Origin: Chlamydiales bacterium
GTDB taxonomy: Bacteria > Chlamydiota > Chlamydiia > Chlamydiales > SM23-39
DNA: 32,000 nucleotides
Assembly: GCA_965261025.1 (NCBI GenBank)
Contig: OZ253438.1
Coordinates: 1,230,001-1,262,000 of the forward strand
Direction of reading: 5' to 3'
Program-made: the position numbers and the translations under genes
Part shown: positions 25,601 to 32,000 of the stretch, one piece after another
How the letters are laid out: the number at the start of each line of letters is the position of its first letter
Position numbering within the stretch: the stretch's first letter is position 1
Notes under the pieces: generated by a model
What the model saw: only the letters and a program-made list of their open reading frames with translations
Databases searched by the model: none
Told to the model about the DNA's origin: nothing

Positions 25601-27022
25601 TCCTTTGGCAAAGAGATAAAGGGAGCGACTTTTTAAAATAGGATCCTCTTCTTGAAAAGAGAGGAGAAGGCAAAAATCTTTGTCTATTTCAGATAGAGTC
25701 TCATACTCAGCTTGGGTTACAATAGGAAAGTTTTCCCTTTGTAAGTCCGGGTGAGAAGGATGCCAGGTCTTTTCTAGGTAAACTTTGATTTGGGAAAGCT
25801 CTAAAGAGGCTAGCTTGGTAAGATCAAAAGCTAAGAAGCTCGAAGGATGGGAGGGAAAATCTAAAGAAACTTCAAATCCCTCTTCTTTTCTCTGCAGAGT
25901 CTCCTCACAAAAAGAGGAAATCCTTGCTATTTCATCAATCAAAAACTGTTCACATAGATCCTGTAAGGAGGGATTTTTTTCCCTGAACTGACAAAAGTCT
26001 TTTCTCAAGGTAATAAAAAAAGCCTCTTTATCCCAATCTAGGTGCAAAGCTTCTATAAAAGGATTTTCATGGGGAAAAAAGAGAACGCTTCTCTCTTCAG
26101 AATTTTTTTGCTTCCATTCTTTGATCTTTTCTTTTTGAGAAAAAATAAACGGGGTCTTTTCCAGGAGAGCTTTGTGTTTTTTTACCAAAGAAGAAGCCTT
26201 TATTAAAAGAAGCTCTTTTTCTTCCAACAGAGAAAAAGAGTCCTTTTGAGAAGAGGTTTTCTCTCCCAAAGCAATTTTTTCTTTTTTCAAAAAATCTTTT
26301 CTTTCTGTAAGGGCTTGTAAAAAAGAAGGAATAGACTCCAAAGAATGAAGAGAAGAAAAAGAGCGGAAAAATCTTTTTGTGATAGCAGAGTCTTCTCCGA
26401 ATACTTCAGGAACCTGAACTAAAAGATAGGCTAGATCCTCTAAGGTCTTTTCAGAAAAAGCAGCAGGTTTTTTGAGATTGCCTGAAATAGCCAAAGCCAG
26501 GTGGGCAGCTCTGTCCAATATAAGCTCTTGATAAGCTTTTGAAGGCTTGCAGGAGGCGTCTTTTTTTGGAAAAAAAGAAAGACAGGAGCGCCACTTATCA
26601 GAAGAGAGTTTCGTAAGTGAGGCTCTCTGTAGTTTTACTTCCTTGCCAGAGGAATCTTGGGTTTTTGCTAAAAGGAGTTTTTTAGAAGGTTCTCTAGTTG
26701 AGGCAGCCAAGGGAAAATATTCTTTAAATTTCTTAGCAGAGTCCCTTTCCGGGAAAGAAATTTTCACAAAAGAGTCTTCCAGTTTTATGGAGGTAGGAGA
26801 AACTTTTATGAGGTCACAAAAAGAGCCGGTCCAATCCAGTAGTTCTCTCTCTGTCTTTTCCCCTCTTTTCTCTAAGGTTGAAGTGATTTTTGTAATATAG
26901 GAAGCTTCAAGAGGTTTTTTTACAGATTTTTGGTAGTAAAAAAGAGTGGGTAGGATGTGATACAGAGCTAGAAAAAGCACACCCAGAATCAGGAGAAGGG
27001 GTCCTTTTTTTCTTTGTTTCAT
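22643..27022 (-). CDS. secDF: Fused protein-export membrane protein SecD/SecF with a greatly expanded periplasmic domain
   Basis: 1459 aa with an N-terminal TM helix. The SecD TM bundle contains GMAVDANVLVFERMKEE. The SecF part contains FGMDFTGGYS and GYSINDTIIIFDRIRED. About 930 residues separate the first TM helix from the next hydrophobic cluster (M964 at nt 24133). Confidence 0.95.
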   Translation of the reverse strand: MKQRKKGPLLLILGVLFLALYHILPTLFYYQKSVKKPLEASYITKITSTLEKRGEKTERELLDWTGSFCDLIKVSPTSIKLEDSFVKISFPERDSAKKFKEYFPLAASTREPSKKLLLAKTQDSSGKEVKLQRASLTKLSSDKWRSCLSFFPKKDASCKPSKAYQELILDRAAHLALAISGNLKKPAAFSEKTLEDLAYLLVQVPEVFGEDSAITKRFFRSFSSLHSLESIPSFLQALTERKDFLKKEKIALGEKTSSQKDSFSLLEEKELLLIKASSLVKKHKALLEKTPFIFSQKEKIKEWKQKNSEERSVLFFPHENPFIEALHLDWDKEAFFITLRKDFCQFREKNPSLQDLCEQFLIDEIARISSFCEETLQRKEEGFEVSLDFPSHPSSFLAFDLTKLASLELSQIKVYLEKTWHPSHPDLQRENFPIVTQAEYETLSEIDKDFCLLLSFQEEDPILKSRSLYLFAKGVGKMAEKYESEKTSEAAQEFFQDISSLLDYLSELGFHGYPGRFWGKSASSKDFVFEKENFYQNFLQATQESFLVLGSGKQAFLPLSNLEERIRIENQIETQEQEDLIKAKEAYHNAQASLDPKIRFSAVKPLKSVWWNNLVLHIKKYFRGSEEKVLRWGLDLSGGKTVTLSLVDSEHKPVTEEKDLLQGRNELYQRVNKLGVSEVNIRREGNHLVLDFPGSQTIPASDLLRASSMDFHVVQEKFSSHNSSLASYVNQFLQQVWNEAFVSHKKDPESLQKIAYKHLYGSILSDKPHPRTKAAKVLYENGLRLAHPSKMVSNKNFDTSLCKIAIFRGESPKDWQGQLHPLLLVFHNHALQGKDLKNIRASYDPSRGNFLSFEIISGSKRQQSPQENFYAWTLPFSKESLYQSENDFLKGKGWRMAVILNDTVLCAPTLNQPLKESAMISGSFTPREISQLVADLKAGSLTYSPKILSEKTISPELGAKERKMGLWATFLALVFVITAMTSYYRFSGWVASFAVIFNLLIMWAIFQHLQVTLTLASLAGMVLTVGMAVDANVLVFERMKEEMFLGKTVLQAIHAGYKKAFSAILDSNLTTILAAFILLNFDSGPIKGFALTLVVGIVSSMFTALFATRFFFTHWAEKKERPTLKMANWIQSSKVNFLKKAPIALTLSLAIVGMGIFVLGKKRSTLFGMDFTGGYSLQLELNPSSGFSPRKSVEKAFHEAGLSTKEVQVRELTPSHHLKVHLSTNMEEENRPFFQMPVEKDTPDSFTKNPRIDWVIKTLNKQNIALSEKGLSSLTKSWSSMSGQMSSSMKNQAFLGLLLAFVSMMLYIAFRFEFSFALAALLCTLHDALVTLALVFLLTFLGLPLSFDLHTVAALMTIIGYSINDTIIIFDRIREDLLLRKNSSFKEIVNRAINATLNRTILTSVTTFLVLFALLCFAGPSLFGFSLVMALGVVLGTLSSLFIAPLLLQIFEQKRRKTF

Positions 27023-27207
27023 AAGTCAAGTCCCTTTGATAGTGGTACCTTAAGAGTTTCTGAGGGTAACAAATTTCCCTCTTTTTGACAAAGAGTCTTA
27101 AGATGAGTTAAAAAAACGCGCTCTTGCCTAGATTGTATCTAGAGGTAGATTCAAGCTAAAGCAGACTTTTTCTCTAAGTTTAGGTCATAAAAGCTCTTCG
27201 TTGTTCC

Positions 27208-27235
27208 TTGTTTTTAAGTTTTTTTTCCTTATAAT
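27208..27235 (+). promoter_or_regulatory. Promoter-like element inside the secDF/uppS gap (TTGTTT - 16 nt - TATAAT)
   Basis: ttgttt at 27208-27213 and tataat at 27230-27235, oriented towards uppS. It would give a leader or sRNA of about 255 nt. Confidence 0.3.
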
Positions 27236-27362
27236 GAATCTGCTGTCCAAATGGGGTAAGACTTTAAGAAATTTGTGGCATTCAGAAATAGCTAGCTTGG
27301 GTACGCAAATCCTAAAAACCCTCTTGCCACGTATGGAATTTGGCTGTTCTTAAAACTTAAGT

Positions 27363-27479
27363 CCCTGACCGTGGTTATAACTGCTATTTTAGGAGAAGTT
27401 TTCTCCTTTAGCTTAGGGAGTATTCACTATGCCTTTATTTTGGATTTTTGCTACGATCTTCAAAGTTCTAAGGTCAGGG
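27363..27479 (+). repeat. Long-range 8-bp inverted repeat enclosing a 7-bp hairpin; candidate structured RNA leader
   Basis: ccctgacc (27363-27370) is the exact reverse complement of ggtcaggg (27472-27479). An internal hairpin aggagaa-gtt-ttctcct lies at 27391-27407. A competing pairing is ccacg (27327-27331) with cgtgg (27370-27374). Confidence 0.5.
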
Positions 27480-27495
27480 TAATTTGGTGAGATAG

Positions 27496-28257
27496 ATGAC
27501 TCTTTCTAACGGAAAAGAGAGCTTTTCCCCTTCCTCTTTTTCCTTCTTTCAAAAGCCAGTTAGCCTTCCCAAGCATGTGGCTATTGCTATGGATGGGAAC
27601 AGGAGGTGGGCCTTGATTCGAAATAAGCCTATCTCAAGAGGATATGAGAAAGGGCTAGAGACCCTGATCAAAATCACAGAAGCGGCAAGCCAAATGGGAG
27701 TAAAGGTCCTTACTGTGTATGCCTTTTCTACGGAAAACTGGAATCGTTGTGAGGAGGAGAAAAAAGTGGTTTTTCAGCTTATCGAAAAATCCCTCATCGA
27801 ATACAGGAAAAAACTGGTTTTAGCCGGGGTTCGCATAGATACCATAGGGGAGCTTTCGAGGCTTTCTCCTTCTTTACAGGAAAGTCTTTTACAAACTAAA
27901 AGAGATACGATAAGAGGAGAAAAACTAAAGCTCATTTTGGCCTTGAATTATGGAGGAAGAGATGAAATCCTACGTTCTGTAAAAAAAATTTTACAAGATT
28001 ATGATCAAAAGTTGATTCGTAGGGAGGAAATTACAGAAAAAAGATTTTCTAAATATTTAGACACAGCAAGCGTCCAAGACCCCGACTTATTTATAAGGAC
28101 AAGCGGAGAGAAGAGATTGAGTAATTTTTTACTTTGGCAGAGTTCCTATTCCGAATTTTATGTAACCGAAAAGCTTTGGCCTGATTTTTCTAAAAAAGAT
28201 TTTGAAGAAGCTCTTTTAGACTATCAAACCAGACAGAGAAGATTAGGCGCTTCATGA
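27496..28257 (+). CDS. uppS: Undecaprenyl (isoprenyl) diphosphate synthase
   Basis: Motifs HVAIAMDGNRRWA, TVYAFSTENWNR and RTSGEKRLSNFLLWQSSYSEFY. The stop overlaps the cdsA ATG (ATGA). Confidence 0.95.
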   Translation: MTLSNGKESFSPSSFSFFQKPVSLPKHVAIAMDGNRRWALIRNKPISRGYEKGLETLIKITEAASQMGVKVLTVYAFSTENWNRCEEEKKVVFQLIEKSLIEYRKKLVLAGVRIDTIGELSRLSPSLQESLLQTKRDTIRGEKLKLILALNYGGRDEILRSVKKILQDYDQKLIRREEITEKRFSKYLDTASVQDPDLFIRTSGEKRLSNFLLWQSSYSEFYVTEKLWPDFSKKDFEEALLDYQTRQRRLGAS

Positions 28258-29087
28258 AATTTTTGTTTTCTAAGGAGTTTTTCTTCCGCGTTTTAACAGC
28301 TTTTATCACATTTTTTCTTTTTTCCTTTCTCCTTTTTTTCTCTAAAAATTCTTATTTCATGTTTTTGTTTCCCTTTTTTGCTTCCTGCATAGGAGCTTTA
28401 GCTGTAGCAGAGTATGGGAATTTAGTAAGGGGAAAGGGGGTTTGTCTATTTTCCCCTGTTATGGTAGGGGTTTCTTTCGGGGAAATCCTTTTTTTCTTTT
28501 TGGCTTCCCAAAGTGTTACTTTTTTAGCTTTTCCTTTTTTTCTTTTCTTTTTACATCTTGTTTTCCTATTTTTTTATCATGCGAAAAAAATGGAGCAAGC
28601 CATTGTAGAAATAGCCACCTCTTGCTTTCCTTTTCTTTATATAGTGGTGCCTATAGCCCTTTCTTTTTTTATCTTGTATAGCCCTTTCTATGAAGGAAGA
28701 TTTTGGATATTGTATTTGATTGCCGTGACTAAAGCAGCAGATATAGGGGGGTATTTTGGCGGAAAATTACTAGGGAAATACAAGCTAGCCCCTAAGATTA
28801 GTCCTCATAAAACAAGAGAGGGAGCTTTTGTAGGATGGCTTTTTTCTCTTTTAGTAAGTTTTTCTTTTTATGGGTTTTCAGAAAAAATGACTCTTTTTGA
28901 GTCTCTTTTCTTAGGGGCTCTCATGGGAGTTTTTGGTCAGATGGGGGACCTTTTCGAGTCTCTTTTTAAAAGGGACGCTAAGAAAAAAGATAGTAATTCT
29001 ATTCCCGGCATAGGTGGGGTTTTAGATCTTTTGGATTCTTTAATTTTTAACCTCTTTGTTTTATTCTTCTTTTTGTATTGGAGATGA
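28254..29087 (+). CDS. cdsA: Phosphatidate cytidylyltransferase (CDP-diglyceride synthase) with an atypical signature
   Basis: 277-aa polytopic protein. The C-terminal block SLFKRDAKKKDSNSIPGIGGVLDLLDS aligns with the CdsA signature S-x-[LIVMF]-K-R-x4-K-D-x-[GSA]-x2-[LIF]-[PGS]-x-H-G-G-x-x-D-R-x-D, but carries Ile for His and Leu for Arg. Confidence 0.8.
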   Translation: MKFLFSKEFFFRVLTAFITFFLFSFLLFFSKNSYFMFLFPFFASCIGALAVAEYGNLVRGKGVCLFSPVMVGVSFGEILFFFLASQSVTFLAFPFFLFFLHLVFLFFYHAKKMEQAIVEIATSCFPFLYIVVPIALSFFILYSPFYEGRFWILYLIAVTKAADIGGYFGGKLLGKYKLAPKISPHKTREGAFVGWLFSLLVSFSFYGFSEKMTLFESLFLGALMGVFGQMGDLFESLFKRDAKKKDSNSIPGIGGVLDLLDSLIFNLFVLFFFLYWR

Positions 29088-29093
29088 GAAGCT

Positions 29094-30413
29094 GTGATCA
29101 TTACTATTGATGGACCCTCTGGAACGGGAAAATCTTCTGTAGCAAGAGAAGTAGCAAAAAAATTAGGATTTGACTTCTTTGATACAGGGGCCATGTATCG
29201 TTTGGCTGCTTATTCCATTTTAAAACAGAAGATCCCTATCGAAAAAGAGGAAAAAGTAGCTAGGGCTTTAAAAGAATTTTCTTTAGATATTAGAGAACAG
29301 GGAGGCAAAAAGAAATATTTTTTAGAAGAAGAAGATTGTACAGAGTTAATTCGTCTACCAGAGGTTACAGTAGCCTCTTCTAAAATAGCTACGTATGTTT
29401 CTGTCCGAGAAAAGATGGTTCAAATTCAAAGAGAATTTGGGAAGAGAAAAAGTATAGTCTTCGAGGGAAGAGATATGGGAACCGTGGTTTTTCCCAAAGC
29501 AGAGGTAAAGTTTTTTTTATCTGCGAGTCTATCAGTTCGGGCTCAGAGAAGACTAGAAGAGCTTATAGAGAAATTTCCTGAGGAGGTTTTTGAGAAAGAG
29601 ACTATTTTTCGGGAGATGGAAAGAAGAGATAAGGCAGACTCAAATAGAGTCCATTCTCCTTTAAAAAAAGCAAAAGATGCTCTTTGGATAGATACTACAG
29701 ATCTCTCCTTAAAGGATGTAGTAGAACAGGTAATCCAAGAAGTAAAGCAAAAAAAAAAGCCTTTAAAGAAGAAAAAATTTTTTTACGCGTTTATTCTTCT
29801 TCTTGCTAAAATCTACTTCAAAATCTTCTATCGCTATAAAGTTTACGGTAAAGAACGCTTTCCTTCTGGCGCTGCTATTTTAGCCTGTAACCACCTTTCT
29901 TTCTTAGACCCTCCTTTGGTTGCGATTTCCTCTCCTGAAGAAATTCATTTTTTAGCAAAGCAGTCTTTATTTCGGGGTTTTTTTCTAGGGAAGTTAATTC
30001 GTCTTTTGAATGCCCACCCTATAAAGGACCGCAGCTCTAATGCAAAAGTTTTTCAGCTTGTTATAGATCTTCTTAGGCAAGGGGAAAAAGTTCTTTTATT
30101 TCCAGAAGGAGCCCGTTCTTGGAAAGGAAATTTACAGGAGCTACAGTCTGGAGTAGGGCTTTTAGCCTTTCGCACGCAGGCAACCATTGTCCCTGTATAC
30201 GTAAAAGGAACTTATGAGGTTTGGAAAAGGGGACAAAAACTCCCCAAATTTTTGGGAAAAGTTTTTTGTGTATTCGGGACTCCCTTGGTATGGAATTTTT
30301 CTGAAAAAGAGGAGAAAAAGCAACAGATAGAGTCTTGTATGCTTCAACTAGAGAAGTCTTTAAGAAAACTGGAGAAATGGGGAAAAGGAGATAAAAAAAC
30401 ACCCCCTCCCTAG
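29094..30413 (+). CDS. cmk: Bifunctional fusion: cytidylate kinase (N-terminal) and 1-acyl-sn-glycerol-3-phosphate acyltransferase (C-terminal)
   Basis: GTG start. Cmk part: IITIDGPSGTGKSS P-loop and GRDMGTVVFP. Linker: KQKKKPLKKKKFF plus a hydrophobic helix. PlsC part: NHLSFLDP (HX4D) and FPEGARS motifs. One uninterrupted 439-aa ORF. Confidence 0.85.
   Translation: MIITIDGPSGTGKSSVAREVAKKLGFDFFDTGAMYRLAAYSILKQKIPIEKEEKVARALKEFSLDIREQGGKKKYFLEEEDCTELIRLPEVTVASSKIATYVSVREKMVQIQREFGKRKSIVFEGRDMGTVVFPKAEVKFFLSASLSVRAQRRLEELIEKFPEEVFEKETIFREMERRDKADSNRVHSPLKKAKDALWIDTTDLSLKDVVEQVIQEVKQKKKPLKKKKFFYAFILLLAKIYFKIFYRYKVYGKERFPSGAAILACNHLSFLDPPLVAISSPEEIHFLAKQSLFRGFFLGKLIRLLNAHPIKDRSSNAKVFQLVIDLLRQGEKVLLFPEGARSWKGNLQELQSGVGLLAFRTQATIVPVYVKGTYEVWKRGQKLPKFLGKVFCVFGTPLVWNFSEKEEKKQQIESCMLQLEKSLRKLEKWGKGDKKTPPP
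29749..29758 (+). repeat. A10 homopolymer at the Cmk/PlsC domain junction
   Basis: Counted directly: caa aaa aaa aag encodes Q-K-K-K in the linker. Confidence 0.95.
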
Positions 30414-30466
30414 GAAAAAAAGAGAGAAGGATATAGACTGGGGAGGTTTTTAGTAAAAAAGCTTAT

Positions 30467-30793
30467 ATGAGGAAAGATATGCTTCAACTAACCGAGGAAA
30501 CTTTTTCTTCTTCTATTCAAGAAGGAACTACCTTAGTCGATTTTTATGCAGACTGGTGTGGTCCTTGTAGGATGATGGCCCCTATTTTAGAGGAGCTTTC
30601 TGAGGAGATGAAACAGGAAGCGAAAATAGCAAAGCTAGATATAGATGCTAACCAAAAAGTGGCATCGCAATTTAAGATAACTTCCATTCCCACATTGGTT
30701 TTATTTAAACAAGGAAAAGAAGTGGGGAGAGTGGTAGGACTAAAGGATAGAGAAGCTATCGTAGAGTTTATCCAAAAAGGAAAAACCGCATGA
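30467..30793 (+). CDS. trxA: Thioredoxin
   Basis: 108 aa with the WCGPC active site and the usual thioredoxin fold pattern (FYADWCGPCRMMAPILEEL...IPTLVLFKQGK). Confidence 0.95.
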   Translation: MRKDMLQLTEETFSSSIQEGTTLVDFYADWCGPCRMMAPILEELSEEMKQEAKIAKLDIDANQKVASQFKITSIPTLVLFKQGKEVGRVVGLKDREAIVEFIQKGKTA

Positions 30794-31008
30794 AGTTTTT
30801 GCGGAGAGTTTTCTTTTGGGGAGTTCTTCTTACTATTTTGGGTAGTGTTTTTCTTCATTATCATTATCAGATCCCCTGGATTAGTTCTTGGTTTGGCTCT
30901 TTGCCAGGAGACGTAGTCGTCATGAAGGGGACAGTAGCCATTTCTTTGCCCGTGGTTTCTGCCTTTGTTTTAAGTTTTTTCTTTGTTCTTTTGCTTTTTT
31001 TATTTTAG
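30790..31008 (+). CDS. Small membrane protein, DUF2905-like
   Basis: 72 aa with two hydrophobic helices flanking the GSLPGDVVV motif, which resembles the LPGDI core of DUF2905. Its ATG overlaps the trxA stop (ATGA). Confidence 0.6.
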   Translation: MKFLRRVFFWGVLLTILGSVFLHYHYQIPWISSWFGSLPGDVVVMKGTVAISLPVVSAFVLSFFFVLLLFLF

Positions 31009-31458
31009 CTGAAAGGAACCAAAAAGCTGTCTGGCCATTTCATAGGCGCCAATTGCTACGCTGTTGGCTAGGTTTAGACAGCGGATATTTTCTTTCATCG
31101 GAATTTTTACAAATTGGGAAGGCCATCTTAAATGAAAATCTGGGAGAAGGCCTGTTTCTTCGTTACCAAAAATTAAAGCACTATCTTTTGGATAGGAAAC
31201 GGAGAAGAAGTTTTGGCAAGCTTTAGAAGAAAAAAAATAGAAAGGAAAAGTTGCCTTTTCTAAATAACAAGAAAGATCTTCGATTTCTTCTATTTTTATC
31301 TTATCTCGGTAATCTAATTGCGCTCTTCTAAGTCTTCTTTCGCAGAGAGAAAATCCGAGAGGATGGACTAAAATAAGCTTCGCCCCCAGAGCAGCGCAAG
31401 TTCTTATGATATTTCCTGTATTTTGGGGTATTAAGGGTCTAAAAAGGATAATCTTCAT
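31000..31458 (-). CDS. trmL: tRNA (cytidine/uridine-2'-O)-methyltransferase TrmL (SpoU/YibK type)
   Basis: 152 aa. N-terminus MKIILFRPLIPQNTGNIIRTCAALGAKLILV, plus FGNEETGL and RCLNLANSVAIGAYE knot motifs. Its ATG overlaps the aspS stop (ATGA). Confidence 0.9.
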   Translation of the reverse strand: MKIILFRPLIPQNTGNIIRTCAALGAKLILVHPLGFSLCERRLRRAQLDYRDKIKIEEIEDLSCYLEKATFPFYFFSSKACQNFFSVSYPKDSALIFGNEETGLLPDFHLRWPSQFVKIPMKENIRCLNLANSVAIGAYEMARQLFGSFQLK

Positions 31459-32000
31459 TTATCTTGTAACAAATGGAGTTCTTTAAGAAGACCCTGATCT
31501 GCTTGAGAAGGAGCTTGCAGCATTAGATCACTTGCTTTTTGCGTTTTAGGAAAAGCCACTACATCGCGAATATTTTCCGTAGCAGAAAGGATCATAATCA
31601 ATCTTTCTACTCCCAAGGCAATTCCCAAATGAGGAGGGGTTCCAAACTTTAAAGCATCTAAAAAAAAGCCAAACTTTTTCCTTATCTCCTCTTCACAGAG
31701 CCCTAAAAGGGAGAAGATTTTCTTTTGAACAGTGCTGTCGTGAATTCTTTGGGAACCTGAAGCAATTTCATATCCATTCAGAACCAAATCATAGGCGTGG
31801 GACCGCACTTTTAAAGGGTTTTGAAAAAGAAGGTCTTTATCTTCTTCGTGAGGAGAAGTAAAGGGGTGGTGTTCTGTTTGTAACATTCCTTCTTCCTCTT
31901 TGAATAAAGGAAAATCAGTGACCCAGGTAAAGGCATAGGTATTAGGATCTACTAGTCCTTGTTCTTTAGCAATTTTTCTTCTAAGCTGATCTAAAGCAAG
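31455..32000 (-). CDS. aspS: Aspartyl-tRNA synthetase, C-terminal part; 5' end lies beyond the window
   Basis: The reverse-strand frame is open from nt 32000: ...TWVTDFPLFKEEEGMLQTEHHPFTSP...YDLVLNGYEIASGSQRIH...GTPPHLGIALGVERL...AFPKT. These are class II AspRS motif 2/3 region blocks. Confidence 0.95.
   Translation of the reverse strand, partial: LALDQLRRKIAKEQGLVDPNTYAFTWVTDFPLFKEEEGMLQTEHHPFTSPHEEDKDLLFQNPLKVRSHAYDLVLNGYEIASGSQRIHDSTVQKKIFSLLGLCEEEIRKKFGFFLDALKFGTPPHLGIALGVERLIMILSATENIRDVVAFPKTQKASDLMLQAPSQADQGLLKELHLLQDK

Noticed and set aside
22737-26900. Numerous plus-strand ORFs (for example 22947..23321, 24536..24826, 26547..26900) opposite secDF
   Set aside because: They are antisense to a continuous 1459-aa SecDF frame with canonical motifs. 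They are Lys/Arg/Ser-rich shadow ORFs.
27234-27353. 39-aa ORF (MNLLSKWGKTLRNLWHSEIASLGTQILKTLLPRMEFGCS) in the secDF/uppS gap
   Set aside because: There is no Shine-Dalgarno (the upstream sequence is a T-run), its ATG overlaps the TATAAT-like hexamer, and it has no signal peptide or recognisable motif. The region is more plausibly RNA or leader.
27326-27480. Partial resemblance to SRP (4.5S) RNA helix 8 (GGUCAGG...ACAGCC on the minus strand) and to the RNase P 'AAGUCC' element
   Set aside because: The apical loop would be GUU on an AU stem rather than a GNRA tetraloop. The symmetric-loop bases do not match, and the flanks do not form the long closing helix. The RNase P P4 context (GGAAAGUCCGG ... 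ACAGAA.CCGGCUUA) is absent.
30073-30402. Minus-strand ORFs 30073..30402 and 30162..30347, and 30544..30864
   Set aside because: They are antisense to the PlsC domain and to trxA, both of which have clear catalytic motifs.
1-32000. Search by eye for CRISPR repeats, IS/transposase or integrase genes, phage modules, toxin-antitoxin pairs, rRNA and tRNA genes
   Set aside because: None found. Coding density leaves no room apart from the two gaps discussed, and no regularly spaced direct repeats or terminal inverted repeats were seen.

Overview
AT-rich, very tightly packed chromosomal segment with about 27 protein genes. There are only two sizeable non-coding gaps, at 19977-20252 and 27023-27495. 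Gene content places it in the phylum Chlamydiota: the chlamydia-specific regulator EUO, a MOMP-family outer-membrane protein, a membrane RsbU-type PP2C phosphatase and a giant single-polypeptide SecDF. The microsynteny euo-recJ-secDF ... uppS-cdsA-cmk/plsC and mutL-pepP matches what I recall from Chlamydia trachomatis (CT446-CT453, CT574-CT575). Almost everything is housekeeping: eno, rsgA, RNA methyltransferases, CCA enzyme, mutL, pepP, a histidine kinase, an OPT transporter, gltX, tsp, recJ, trxA, trmL, aspS. I found no rRNA, tRNA, CRISPR array, transposase, integrase or phage gene, and no convincing multi-gene defence or toxin island. The items that most deserve a second look are listed here. 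(1) Two pseudopilin-like genes sit detached from any gspDEF. The conserved part of the first begins 9 nt after the stop of the upstream OPT transporter gene, it has no nearby start codon, and an A7 tract lies at the junction. (2) cmk and plsC are fused in frame, joined through an A10 tract where a +/-1 slip gives near-immediate stops. (3) A 473-bp non-coding gap upstream of uppS has a promoter-like element and long-range inverted repeats. (4) An unlisted 45-aa lipoprotein ORF lies next to gltX, the position occupied by omcA in Chlamydiaceae. (5) A shortened 'mini-MOMP'. (6) A perfect 23-bp palindrome in the tsp/euo divergent control region. (7) Degenerate catalytic signatures in MutL and CdsA. 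All functional calls rest on motif recognition by eye and recalled family knowledge; no database search was run.
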